Assembly: GCA_963921275.4 (NCBI GenBank)
Contig: OZ001293.3
Coordinates: 2,784,001-2,848,000 of the forward strand
DNA length: 64,000 nt
Direction of reading: 5' to 3'
Source: an uncultured Hormoscilla sp.
GTDB taxonomy: Bacteria; Cyanobacteriota; Cyanobacteriia; Cyanobacteriales; Desertifilaceae
The notes under the pieces were generated by a model, which was given only the letters and a program-made list of their open reading frames with translations, was not told the origin of the DNA and did not search any database. Within the stretch, counting starts at the first letter, position 1. Every line of letters begins with the position of its first letter. A program made the position numbers and the translations under genes. Shown here piece after piece: positions 1 to 10,403 of this stretch.

Positions 1-336
1 TTCTACTTTAGTCTAGCAATTTTACAGCAATGGGGGGTACGCAAGGTGCAGGTAATTACCTCCCCCACCCATCTCCCTCGGGCGAAATGGCTAGGTCAAA
101 TCATCCTTGGCGCTCGCGGCATGTGGGTGGATACTTATACTGTAAAGGAAAAAGGCATTCCTGGCAATCGCGAGTCATGGCTCAAGACCAGTCTTGATGT
201 CACTCGCGCTTTAGTCTGGGCTGTCCTTAGTCAATTTTACCAGCCGAGTTGCTCGGAACTGTTGCCCCTTACCCAGGTTAACATGAATTATTGGCAACAG
301 CAAGGTTTTCATTGCGAACATCAAGGTGGTTTGTGA
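1..336 (+). CDS. YdcF/DUF218-family protein, C-terminal part (5' end outside window)
   Basis: ITSPTHLPRA matches the YdcF VTSxxHxxRA motif; stop at 334-336. Confidence 0.6.
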   Translation, partial: FYFSLAILQQWGVRKVQVITSPTHLPRAKWLGQIILGARGMWVDTYTVKEKGIPGNRESWLKTSLDVTRALVWAVLSQFYQPSCSELLPLTQVNMNYWQQQGFHCEHQGGL

Positions 337-480
337 ATTGTGAATTACTAATGGCTAATTGTTAATTGCGAACCGGGGCACGGCTGGGGTACAATTATTT
401 TCGTTTATCCCGTTCATCTCCTGATGCCGTGCCCCTACCAGATTTTGCTAATTGATAATTCACAATTCACCATTTAAAAT

Positions 481-2802
481 TCACAATTCTCCATTCACTA
501 ATTGTGCTTTAATTGTGGAGATGCTTACTTTACAGAAATACTGGCGGCGAAATTGTTCTTCTTCGACAGCAGCTAAAAAGTTTTTGAGGGCAACTGATGA
601 TTTGATCGCTTCTTCAACGGGATGCCAGGCGATCTGCAAACTGGCGGCGTCTAGAGGAATAATAGTAAAACCCAGATCCTTGAGGGCTTCCAGTCCCAAA
701 TTGACCGCAGCAGACACTAGTCCCAGCTTTGCTTGCAGTTGTTGGCGGTTGGCGGTTTTACCCGTGCGACTCAGGTATTTCGCAATGCCTAGCAGTTGTT
801 GCCAGACCTCCTGGGGCGCGATCGCCTGTGGTTCCGGGTAGGCGATCGCCACTGGTTGTTGCCGTTCTCGGGCCGCTCGCAAGTACAAGTTTAAATCATC
901 CCAGCTTGACGGACATTCTGTCAATATAATTAGGGATTGATTCTCTTGGCTTATATTATCTTTCCCCCCCCGCCAGTCTAATATCGACATCTGCGGAATC
1001 TTCATTCTCGATTCCGTGCTGGGGCGCACTGCCATCAGCCGCACTTCATAATGTTTATGATAAGGATTGTAATCTAATTCCACGATCGCATCGCATCGCC
1101 TTGAGGGAATCTCCTCCTTATAGTGACCCCACCAGACTCCATTAAAGCTTCTTTCTGTAGAATCATCTCCTATTCTAAATTCGGTCTTGATGTAGCGGAC
1201 TTTCTTTCCTTTAAAATCTATAATATTTTTATTCCAGGGATTGGCAAACCAGCAGTTTTCAATCAACAGCTTGGGGACGGGGTTTCCCATACCACAAGGT
1301 TCTAGCAGTTTCAGTTGGCGAAACAAATCTTTTCCTAATTCTGCTACTGTCACCACTAGGTCAGCCGGCCATGTTGGTGTTGCTTTCACTGCTGTATCCA
1401 TACTCCGCAATTGCTGATTTATTGCTTCGGTAAATAGGGGGATATTCTCAACTGGTAAACTCAGACCCGCAGCGAAGGGATGACCCCCAAATCTATCTAA
1501 TAGCTGTGCTTGGGATTTTACCAGTTGGTAAAGGTCAATTCCGGCGACAGATCGGGCAGAACCTCTGGCTATAGATTGATTTTCATTGACTTCGGTACTG
1601 AGTAAAATAATGGGGCGATCGCAGATTTGGGCGACTTCAGCAGCTACTAAACCGAGAACCCCTACATGCCATTGAGGGTCGTCAAGCACTATAATCTCAG
1701 TCGTAGATAAATCTAACTGGGATAGTTTTTCTGGGACATCTGCGGCGACATCTTTCTGCAAAGCTTTGCGACGAGTATTAGCCAATTCTGCCGCTTCTGC
1801 TAATTCCAGGCAGCGGTTGAGATCGCGACTGGTGAGTAATTCAACGCAAAAGGAAGCGTCGCCGTGAATGCGACTGACAGCGTTGATGCGCGGACCCAGT
1901 CCAAAAGAAATATCTGTGGGGCGATCGCCATTTCTCTGGCATAGTTCCAGCATTCGCCCCACCCCAGGACGCCTGCGAGACTGGGGTGCTTTCTGAAAAT
2001 CTGCTTGCAATTGTTTAATCCCCACCTGCGCCAAATAACGGCAATCTCCACTTAACTGCACTAAATCGGAAATTAGACCGATCGCCACTAAATCCAATAA
2101 ATCTTCTAGGGGCTGTTGCGGCACATCTGGCATTGCTCGATAGAGGGCTTCTATTAGTTTATAAGCAACTGCCACCCCCGAAAGGTGAAACAACGGATGT
2201 TCTGCGGGCAGATAGCGGGGGTTAATAATCGCCGTTACCGGAGGACGTTCGGCCAGCAGCACGTGGTGATCTGTGATAATCAGATCTATTCCCATCTGTC
2301 TAGTATACTCTATTTCTGCTAAGTTGGTGCTGCCCGTATCGCAGGTAACAATTAGTTTAGTGCCCTCGTGGGCGATCGCCTCTATTCCCTGGCAGTTTAA
2401 GCCGTGGGATTCTGTGAGGCGATCGGGAATATAGTATGATAGTCGATCGCGGGGGAAAAACTGCCCCAACCCATCCCAAAGCACGGCAGTGGAGGTGACT
2501 CCATCGGCGTCAAAATCTCCCCAAATGGTCACAATTTCCCCAGCAACCCTAGCTTGCTGCAATCTTTTTACCGCCCAGTCCATTTCGGCACCGAACTCCC
2601 AGGGACTCGCTGGTTGATACAGATTCGGATCTAAAAATCCTGCTAGCTTTTCCAGGTCTTGGATCCCCCGACTCCATAGCAGTTGGGCCGCCTGATCGAC
2701 CTTGGGGAGGTTGGGTGCGTGGCCTTGCACCGCTTGCACGAACCAGTCAGGAGGGTTTGATGATGAAATTAACCACGGGATATTTTTATTTTGATCGGAC
2801 AT
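481..2802 (-). CDS. recJ: ssDNA-specific exonuclease RecJ (DHH/DHHA1)
   Basis: GDFDADG, TDHH, GPRINA, RGSARS and GGHPFAAG motifs; 773 aa. Confidence 0.95.
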   Translation of the reverse strand: MSDQNKNIPWLISSSNPPDWFVQAVQGHAPNLPKVDQAAQLLWSRGIQDLEKLAGFLDPNLYQPASPWEFGAEMDWAVKRLQQARVAGEIVTIWGDFDADGVTSTAVLWDGLGQFFPRDRLSYYIPDRLTESHGLNCQGIEAIAHEGTKLIVTCDTGSTNLAEIEYTRQMGIDLIITDHHVLLAERPPVTAIINPRYLPAEHPLFHLSGVAVAYKLIEALYRAMPDVPQQPLEDLLDLVAIGLISDLVQLSGDCRYLAQVGIKQLQADFQKAPQSRRRPGVGRMLELCQRNGDRPTDISFGLGPRINAVSRIHGDASFCVELLTSRDLNRCLELAEAAELANTRRKALQKDVAADVPEKLSQLDLSTTEIIVLDDPQWHVGVLGLVAAEVAQICDRPIILLSTEVNENQSIARGSARSVAGIDLYQLVKSQAQLLDRFGGHPFAAGLSLPVENIPLFTEAINQQLRSMDTAVKATPTWPADLVVTVAELGKDLFRQLKLLEPCGMGNPVPKLLIENCWFANPWNKNIIDFKGKKVRYIKTEFRIGDDSTERSFNGVWWGHYKEEIPSRRCDAIVELDYNPYHKHYEVRLMAVRPSTESRMKIPQMSILDWRGGKDNISQENQSLIILTECPSSWDDLNLYLRAARERQQPVAIAYPEPQAIAPQEVWQQLLGIAKYLSRTGKTANRQQLQAKLGLVSAAVNLGLEALKDLGFTIIPLDAASLQIAWHPVEEAIKSSVALKNFLAAVEEEQFRRQYFCKVSISTIKAQLVNGEL

Positions 2803-3291
2803 TTCTAGTATAACTCAACTGTATATTTATGCTAGCATAGGAAGGTGATGTAGCTGACGATCTTTTTTATGGTGACGAGCTGACTGTATTGGCGATCGCA
2901 CCCTGAGTGAATTAAGAAACCCGGTTTCTGGGTTCCAGCCCGTGACACTGCATCAAGATTAGGATATGATATATAGAGTTCAGGGAGGTAACATACCCCA
3001 TATGGCAGAAACAACTGTAAAATATAGAGTCCTGAAGGCGATGGAGTCGATGCCGCAATCTGTTACATTTGACGATGTGATGGATCGGGTTTCCTTCCTG
3101 TACAAAGTTGACCGAGGGCTCAAACAAGTTGAAGCTAGCGATACTATATCCCATGAAGAAGCTAAAAAGCAAATTAAGACATGGCACGGATAAAGCTGTA
3201 TGTACTCTTTTGCCCAGAAACCAGGTTTTTACTCCAGATATTTTGCTCGGACATTTCTAGTATAACTGAACTGTATCTTTATGCTAGCATA
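2795..3291 (+). repeat. 45-bp direct repeat (2795-2839 / 3247-3291, 2 mismatches) containing the recJ start codon and leader
   Basis: tcggacatttctagtataact(c/g)aactgtat(a/c)tttatgctagcata seen twice. Confidence 0.9.
3002..3193 (+). CDS. Small orphan antitoxin-like protein
   Basis: MPQSVTFDDVMDRVSFLYKVDRGLKQVEASDTISHEEAKK resembles small antitoxins paired with RelE/ParE toxins; GGAGG before ATG 3002. Confidence 0.6.
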   Translation: MAETTVKYRVLKAMESMPQSVTFDDVMDRVSFLYKVDRGLKQVEASDTISHEEAKKQIKTWHG

Positions 3292-3332
3292 TAAAAGTGA
3301 GCACGCGAACAAGAATTTATCGGAATCGTTCC

Positions 3333-4118
3333 ATGACGGAAAATATTGAATATCGTTACCTAGCAGCTTGCGCGATTGCCCGGGAGGCAGGCAAGCTTGC
3401 CCTAAGCTATTTCCAAGATGTCAGCCAATTGACGGTTGAAGTCAAGAAAGTACAGGATCTGGCTAGCATTGCCGATCGGGAAGTAGAAGAGTCGATCGTC
3501 ACTAGGCTAGCAGCAAGTTTCCCCTTCGATGGATTTTTGGCAGAGGAGCGGGGCGGTGCTGTGTCCCCCGACAGCGCTTTCTGGGTAATTGACCCGATCG
3601 ACGGTACTTCTAATTTTATCCGGGGCATCCCTTTCTTTTGCGTGGCGATCGCCTATATGCTAGCAGGGGAGATTGAAATTGGCATCATCTACGACCCGGT
3701 GGCGGACGAACTCTTCGCAGCACGTCGGGGTTTAGGTGCCACCCGCAACGGCAAGACAATTCAGGTGACTGACTGTAATGATATTACCAAAGCTATGGTG
3801 ACTTTTGATTTTAATTATCGTACTACTATAGAGCGTTTCCTTGCCAGTACCGAGCAATTGCTCTCAGCACAGTGCGATACCCGTCGCCTCGGATCCGGGG
3901 CCCTCGCGATCGCGCATGTAACCGACGGTCGCAGCGACGCCTATTGGAACTTCCACCATTATCCTTGGGACGCGATCGCTAGCCTAGTGATCGCGCGGGA
4001 AGCTGGGGGTTGGACCAGTAATTTTCTAGCTGGGGAGGGGCTAACTAAGGGCAATGAAGTCCTCGTTTGCACCCCAGGGATTAAAGATGTTATGATTGCT
4101 GCTACTGGCATTAGTTAA
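3333..4118 (+). CDS. Inositol monophosphatase (SuhB-like)
   Basis: WVIDPIDGTSNF, LAEE, RRLGSGAL and PWDAIA motifs. Confidence 0.9.
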   Translation: MTENIEYRYLAACAIAREAGKLALSYFQDVSQLTVEVKKVQDLASIADREVEESIVTRLAASFPFDGFLAEERGGAVSPDSAFWVIDPIDGTSNFIRGIPFFCVAIAYMLAGEIEIGIIYDPVADELFAARRGLGATRNGKTIQVTDCNDITKAMVTFDFNYRTTIERFLASTEQLLSAQCDTRRLGSGALAIAHVTDGRSDAYWNFHHYPWDAIASLVIAREAGGWTSNFLAGEGLTKGNEVLVCTPGIKDVMIAATGIS

Positions 4119-4134
4119 AATCTCTTGACCTCCC

Positions 4135-4329
4135 ATGTTTGAGCTGACATTCACCGCCAGCGCACTCGACGATCTGCACTACTTCAAGAAGTCAGAGCAG
4201 AACCTCGTTCTCGATAGCGTAGAACAGCAACTGATTCGGGAACCATTGACGGTGACACGAAACAGAAAATACCTCCGATCGAGATTACTTAGTGCAAGGA
4301 AACTACAAATTGAAGTATTTGAGATATGA
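4135..4329 (+). pseudogene. Truncated RelE/ParE-type toxin
   Basis: MFELTFTASALDDL...IEQQL-like N-terminus; the C-terminal half is replaced by repeat sequence. Confidence 0.55.
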
Positions 4330-5083
4330 TTGGTCCCTGAATAAGCAGTAAATTATTCCTCATTCCCAGGCAGGTTCGTAGTTCGTAGGGGTGCAGTGAT
4401 TTGCAAAAATTTTAAAGTTGTAGGTTGGCGGTATGAAACCCAACCAATACTGCCCGCCGCCATTGCTGCACCAGTTTTTCAACACAAACAGGTAACATTA
4501 AAATCTGAGTTGTGCTATAATGAAATAAGTTGTTAAGATCGTACCCGAGGACCATGAGTAATAACCAGAGTAGCAATGACAGACTCGATCGCATCGAGGC
4601 AGCATTGGAAAATTTGATGAGTGTAGTCGCCGACCTCCAGAAAGAATAGCAATGCAGCAACAATGTATAGAAATGCAGCAACAATGTATAGAAATGCAGC
4701 AAGAACGTTTGGAAATGCAGCAAGAACATCTGCAATTAGTGCGAATTGTTTCCCAGCAGCAAAGTCACATTGTGGGAATGCAAGCTGAAATCAAAGGACT
4801 GCAAACAGAAAGCAATCGTATTCAAGAATATCTGTTTGGTCAGCAACAACAAAATAATCAAGATGATTAATTATTCATTGCGATCTAGTAAGGTGGACAA
4901 TGCCCACCCTACAGAGAATCTAACTGGTAGTGATCGCGATCGGGCAGTATTAAATTTTATCAGTCAGTACCTGGATGAAGTTGACTGAGAGTATCTCGTG
5001 CAAAGAAACTACAAATTGAAGTATTTGAGATATGATTGGTCCCTGAATAAGCAGTAAATTATCCCTCATTTTCAGGCAGGTTC
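4292..5083 (+). repeat. 86-bp direct repeat (4292-4377 / 4998-5083)
   Basis: Both copies read directly; about 4 mismatches. Confidence 0.9.
4554..4870 (+). pseudogene. Small coiled-coil protein (RLDRIE type), frameshifted, with about four 21-nt tandem units
   Basis: MSNNQSSNDRLDRIEAALE...stop; continues as the MQQQCIE heptad ORF 4652-4870. Confidence 0.55.
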
Positions 5084-5086
5084 TAT

Positions 5087-5204
5087 CGTTCCCTGGCTCC
5101 GTCTGGGAACGCACAGCTGAGGCTCTGCCTCCGGTCTCTCATGCTCTCGTTCACTGGAGGCAGAGCCTCAAAACGTCCGTTCCCAGCCATAGACTGGGAA
5201 CGAG
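5087..5204. repeat. REP-like multi-hairpin element (cgttccc...gggaacg / gaggctctgcctc...gaggcagagcctc); relatives near 8720, 26300, 33313-33510, 51900, 52990, 55450, 57310-57420
   Basis: Nested inverted repeats recurring across the window. Confidence 0.85.
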
Positions 5205-5232
5205 TATACAAAGGATCTAACGAGAGAATGGT

Positions 5233-5943
5233 TCATTCACTCCAGGACTGAAGATAATCCAAAGCCGCTTCGATGCTCTCAAATTTATGATGCAAAATTT
5301 CTCCCTGTTGCCGGAAAATATCCACCACTACACCGACCACTGGGTTTAATTCCACGTCAGCGATCGCATTTTCCACCATAGTTTGTAATTGTATTGCTAC
5401 AGGTTCGAGAATTTGTTTCCCTAGTTTTATACGTTGTTGTTCGCTCAAATTTTGATAAGTTTCGAGGGCGGATACTGCATAATTAGCCGCCTCGCGGTCC
5501 GGCCACAAAATCTCAATGCCATAATTGCGAAAAACGGAAACGATATGTGCTTGTGGGACAAACAAAAGATTAGCACCACTCGATTCAACCATTCGCAAAG
5601 GTTCTGGCGTAAAATCACCTGCTAACACTACAATAGAAGCACGCAGAGTTGGATGCGATCGTTTTAGATCGGGATGTTCTCGGACAGGCTTTGAGGCTTT
5701 TTCGGTGGCATGTTTCGCTTTCTGGATAATTTTGCTTTCAATAATAGCGTAAGGTTTTTCCTGGCTATCTACGATTAAGCCATCATGTTGGCAAAGTTTA
5801 CCATTAAAATCGGCCAGTTTTCCTTTGGGAATAAAATTAAAGTCGGTTCCGTACAAACAAGCTTGCACAACCAGATGAATTTCATCTTCTAGAAGTTTAC
5901 CCAGCTTTTGTCCGAAAGCCCGACCGGCACCACTTGGGTTCAT
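5233..5943 (-). CDS. Putative PD-(D/E)xK restriction endonuclease
   Basis: HDGLIV...AIIESK motif; directly downstream of the methyltransferase. Confidence 0.6.
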   Translation of the reverse strand: MNPSGAGRAFGQKLGKLLEDEIHLVVQACLYGTDFNFIPKGKLADFNGKLCQHDGLIVDSQEKPYAIIESKIIQKAKHATEKASKPVREHPDLKRSHPTLRASIVVLAGDFTPEPLRMVESSGANLLFVPQAHIVSVFRNYGIEILWPDREAANYAVSALETYQNLSEQQRIKLGKQILEPVAIQLQTMVENAIADVELNPVVGVVVDIFRQQGEILHHKFESIEAALDYLQSWSE

Positions 5944-5984
5944 CGCGTTTCCTCTGTTATCTGGATCTAAATTTTGACATCATA

Positions 5985-7283
5985 TTACCCCTCCACCCAG
6001 AGGCGTCCTTCATGCAGGGGAACCGAATGCTTGCGGTTGCGCCATTTATTATTGCGATCGCGCGTCTTCTGAAACCGAAAAGACCGAAAACCCGCCGCCA
6101 AAGCCAGTTGTCCCAGCCACCGGTCCACGGGCAGGTAAACCCCATAAGGTGCAGAGTCACCCACCATAAAGCAGATCCGGCAAGGACTGGCGGTGACCCG
6201 CCGCAGGGCATGCCAAACCTTGGCTAAATCGCTAAAATAAGCGACCACCATCAGATGATAAGGCTTCTTTCCCCCGTGGTGCCCCCTTTCTGCCGCCAAC
6301 TGTTCGCAAATTGGCACAATTTCATCGAGTAACGGCGCGAGATTAGGGTCAGCTAGAAACAATTCTAACTGTTCTCGATCGGCTGCCACATGCTGAGTAC
6401 AAGACCGAATCAAATATTTTCTGACGGTTTGCTGAAGGTCTTTCCAACGCTCTACTTCCCCCCAAAACGTCATTTCCAGACGGGTGGCATCTGCATAATC
6501 ATAATTATTGGTATAAGGGGGCGAAGTGAGGACTAAATTCGCCCAACCATTGGGGATAGACTGACAAACTCTGGCATCTTCAAGATATTGCCGTGCAGTT
6601 ACACTTGTTTGTGCCTGAGTTTGCCGCATATCTGCGACCATATTCTGAATTTGTTTTTCATAAGCAGTCAAAGGCGTTAAGGATTTGGCTTTTCTTTTAT
6701 TGGGAAGCACGTATTGCCATGGGGCGGTTCCCACTGGCGAACAGATCCGCAGAATTGCCGTAATTGCTAACCAGTGCAGTTCGGATATTGGACTGGCGTC
6801 AGCAAGATGCTGCCACCCTTGCTTCAAAGCATCCAATTCCACCAAGACTTCTGTGGGATAACACTTTTGAATTAGAGACGGATAGTTAGATGTAGATCCG
6901 GGGAACTGTTTGGCAAGAACCTGTATTTCTTGCGCTGTTTCCATAAATTGCGGCACGGACTCCGAGTAAGCCAGCTTGGCCCGCGCAATTCTGGCCACAA
7001 ACGGGTGTGCTTCTACTCCCAAGGTGGCAACTCCACAGCCTTCCCCGGCAATTAAAGTAGTGCCTGCACCGGCGAAGGGATCGAGTAACTTCACCTCACC
7101 TTGTTGCAAGGCCATTTTAATTTCTTGTTCGACCCATTGTGCTGAGAAACCCGCTGAGTAGCGAAACCATCTGTGAACTGGTAAACTCATATTATCTACA
7201 AAGGAAGAACTCCGCTCGTGGATAGCTGGAGAAGACTGTTCTGGCACCAGGTCTGGGAACAGCGATAATTGTTGACCTTGCAT
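5985..7283 (-). CDS. N4-C/N6-A DNA methyltransferase
   Basis: DPFAGAGTT SAM-binding motif and TSPPY catalytic motif. Confidence 0.9.
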   Translation of the reverse strand: MQGQQLSLFPDLVPEQSSPAIHERSSSFVDNMSLPVHRWFRYSAGFSAQWVEQEIKMALQQGEVKLLDPFAGAGTTLIAGEGCGVATLGVEAHPFVARIARAKLAYSESVPQFMETAQEIQVLAKQFPGSTSNYPSLIQKCYPTEVLVELDALKQGWQHLADASPISELHWLAITAILRICSPVGTAPWQYVLPNKRKAKSLTPLTAYEKQIQNMVADMRQTQAQTSVTARQYLEDARVCQSIPNGWANLVLTSPPYTNNYDYADATRLEMTFWGEVERWKDLQQTVRKYLIRSCTQHVAADREQLELFLADPNLAPLLDEIVPICEQLAAERGHHGGKKPYHLMVVAYFSDLAKVWHALRRVTASPCRICFMVGDSAPYGVYLPVDRWLGQLALAAGFRSFRFQKTRDRNNKWRNRKHSVPLHEGRLWVEG

Positions 7284-7306
7284 TTATACGATCCTCTTTA
7301 GATGTT

Positions 7307-8233
7307 GGTCGGGATCGAGCTGGGAATCACTCCCCAACCCTCCAAGAGCGAAACCTGAAGAGCGACTGGAACCGCACACGGCTACTGGTTGGTAAGCTGT
7401 TGTCATCAGTAGGATTACTGGGGGTTACCCCCGTTGTCCCTTACCCTTTGAAATTTTACCCCTTATGGTCAATCCTATTGGACCGTTTAAGTACTGAGCT
7501 GCGGAAGGTTCGCGGAGGATAGTTCAGCAAACCATACTCGCCGCTCTTTACTAACATCTTCCCCATTCTGCTTTCCGCTTTTCGTAAGGGCTCTGAACTT
7601 TACCTGGCTAAGATTTGAATCCAAAATTCGTACTTTCGGAATTTCTCCCTAGTTCTGTGACATTAAGGTTACTTTTCCCAAGGGTGTCTTACCATATCCG
7701 TCCTACGTCTGCATATCCACAGGCATTACCCTGGGCGTTAGCTTCTTAGGACATCCTTCTTCTTCGTGGCTTGCGCTTTACATCTAACTTGTCCAAATGG
7801 GGACAGCTCACGAGAGGTTACTTCGTTCCCTAGTATCATTTCACGATGCTTTTAGGTTCCTACTATACCCCGGGAGTTCTTTGAGTACGTTATTAGCCAG
7901 AGGCAAGAGCTAATACTAACTACCATTTCCCTTTTTGGGCAAGCGCATAAGCCTTCTTCCGCTGGTTCTGGTTAACGAGGTTTACATAGGTTCGCTTGTT
8001 CTAACCATTAGCATCTTTCCTAGCGGCGTCACCGGCTTAGGCTGCCAGTTATCCTACATTTAAGTCCTCGGGAGGCACCACGGCGATGTGGCTCCGTAGC
8101 ACCTCCGACCGGTAGTACCCTCGACCCCCGTACCTGGGGAAAGGGAATTTAACCCCCATGATAACCAGAGTTATCTGGCTGATAGAGCCAGACCCGACTT
8201 TCACCTACTGGCTTATGCCGGAACGAATCGCAC
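7307..8233 (-). mobile_element. ORF-less group II intron (927 nt), domain V degenerate
   Basis: 5' GTGCGATTCGTT at 8233; D5/D6-like end ...ctcgatcccgacc at 7307; colinear with the intron at 17581-18451. Confidence 0.85.
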
Positions 8234-8303
8234 TACCACATACCAGTCATCGGCTTCAACAGTCTAACTCTGCTTCTGGCAGAATGATAAGTTCTTCAAC
8301 CAT
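8234..8303 (-). pseudogene. ParE-type toxin N-terminal remnant
   Basis: MVEELIILPEAELD...ADDWY, frameshifted; overlaps the antitoxin stop. Confidence 0.5.
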
Positions 8304-8517
8304 TGCGATGACGGACGTAGTGCTTGACTTCTTCCCAAGAACGACCAGCGCTCGGATCTCTTAAGTAGTTAGCTTTGCGTCTAGCTAACTCTTCTTTTTG
8401 CCAATCCGTTACAGGAACTTGTTCTGGGGTTGCAGCAATATTGTCCCACAAGTCCTCAACTAATTGCAATTTCTCTGTAATTGGCAACTCTAACAGCTCT
8501 GCGAATTGTGCATTCAT
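8296..8517 (-). CDS. Addiction-module antitoxin
   Basis: LPITEKLQLVEDLWDNI...WQKEELARR...SWEEVK signature. Confidence 0.8.
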   Translation of the reverse strand: MNAQFAELLELPITEKLQLVEDLWDNIAATPEQVPVTDWQKEELARRKANYLRDPSAGRSWEEVKHYVRHRNG

Positions 8518-8985
8518 GATTGCTACCTTTGCTAGTACGCTAGTCGCTTTCCTTTGATTGTAACGCATCTACCGCTTTTCCCGATCGCCTAGCGCGGCCC
8601 GATGCGATCGCCCTACCAGCGCCCGATCGCCTGTAAACCCTGGGGACGCCTATAGGGAACGCACAACCGTGAGGCGAAGCGGACGGTCATCAGGCGATCG
8701 CGCTACCGGTCCCGAGTTCCCTGGCTCTGCCTCCGGTCACAAGCAGAGACACCACCGGTACAGATCCAGAGACCGGTCCCGAGAGTTGGGACTGAGACTG
8801 AGAAGGAGAACGAGAGTTGGGTCAGAGAATGAGAACGAGAGTAACGAGAATTAATTTTTCTTTACAAAATTTTACGCGATCGGGAGATATTCTGGTATTC
8901 CTTTCGGCTAGGCTTTAGAAGTTAGTCATACCGCCCCTGGCCCCCGAAGATGCGGGGAGAACTATATTCAAAGGAGATTAAATAT

Positions 8986-10403
8986 ATGCCAGACAACAAT
9001 ACTCTGCTCACGGCTGAGAATATTGGTATCCTGAGCGGTACTCGAACTTTTAGGAATGAGGATTTAATAATTTGTCAAAATTACGTCGGTTGTGGCTTGG
9101 CTGTATAGTTCCATTGTGGGAGAATCTTGTCAAATATAATTTGCATATTTTCCTGAAAATTTGAGCTAACTTTTACTCCTGTTTGATAAATCTTATCGAT
9201 TACGGTTGTAAACACCTTTAATCCTGTCTTTGTTGTCGTTGTGGCTATCAAATTCTTGACCGTTTCCACCTTATCGAATATTACCCCTTGACATGTCCGA
9301 CTTATATGAGGAAACAGGCGATGTTCAATGGGATTATACTTAGAGGTATAGGGAGGATAATGTGCTACCCGAATTTCAATGCCTAGCTTGTTGCTAAGAT
9401 TTTGCAGATTTTCCTTAAACAGGTAAGAGCGGGAGCTGTTACTACCACCGCCATCACATAACAACAAAATTGAGGTTGCCAATGGATAGAGTATAGAGCC
9501 GTAGGTTCTCCACCAATAGCTAATTGAATCACAGGCCAATGCACTCGTGTCGTGAGATGTACCAATCTGTACATAGCCCAAGTTGTAGTTGAGATCATAT
9601 AAACCATGGGTAATGATCTTACCTTGGGCGAGATATGGCCAGTCATGGGTCATAAACCTTGATTCTCTCTTGGGTTAAGCAGAGCCCATCACGATACAGT
9701 TGACCTATAAACTCTTTTTTTTTGGTATCCATACTTATCACCGGATTTCCAGCATTTTGATAGCTCTCCACAAGAGAGTCTATATTTTCAAATTGCTCCT
9801 TGGGATCTTTATGCTCCCCAGTGGCTTTGGTATTGAAGTCCTTACGACGACGAAAGTTGTATTTTTATAGTAATTGATCTACTACCGTGACACTGACTGA
9901 AATCCCAGCATCAAGTAACAACTTGTCTGGGATTTGCTGGCGAGTTAGATGCGTCCATTTTATAGATTCATCCATCGGTGAACCTGCTGTATGGCTCTCT
10001 ATAACACGCAAAAATGCAACGTATCCCTCTATTTGATCGAGGGCCCTTTTTCGTCCACCTCCAGGCTGACGGATGCGCTCATCACTCATAGCCTGCTCAG
10101 AAGTTAGTTTTTCCATCCCTCGCCGAATAGTGTGAGCATGACAACCCAGCACTGAGCAGATGTAGCTGATACCGCCGTGACCCAGCTTGAGCGCTTCGAG
10201 CGCTGCATAGCGCCGGCGGTCTTTCTCAGACAATGACCTATAGTATCTTTCCATCTTCTGCTCGTTCGCAATCTTTTTCGGGTAGGTCTGCATGAGTCTA
10301 GGTAAATGAATCCTATGGGTTGACGGGACTCAAATAATTATAGGACCCTTTGGCTTAATTTGACAAATTATTAAATTCTCATTCCTTAGCGAGTTTGTGG
10401 GTA
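8986..10403 (+). pseudogene. PPC-domain protein N-terminal stub interrupted by ISAzo13
   Basis: AAGGAG RBS; MPDNNTLLTAENIGILSGTRTF|SEFVGT is rejoined when the IS and one TTA copy are removed. Confidence 0.55.
9053..10385 (-). mobile_element. ISAzo13-family IS with frameshifted transposase
   Basis: TIR ggaatgag(g/a)atttaataatttgtcaaa; TTA duplication (9050-52 / 10386-88); DGGGSN and HYPPYTSKYNPIEHRLF motifs. Confidence 0.9.

Noticed and set aside
8745..8852. 61-aa ORF over the GAGA-rich tract
   Set aside because: Low-complexity purine repeats next to a hairpin remnant; no coding evidence.
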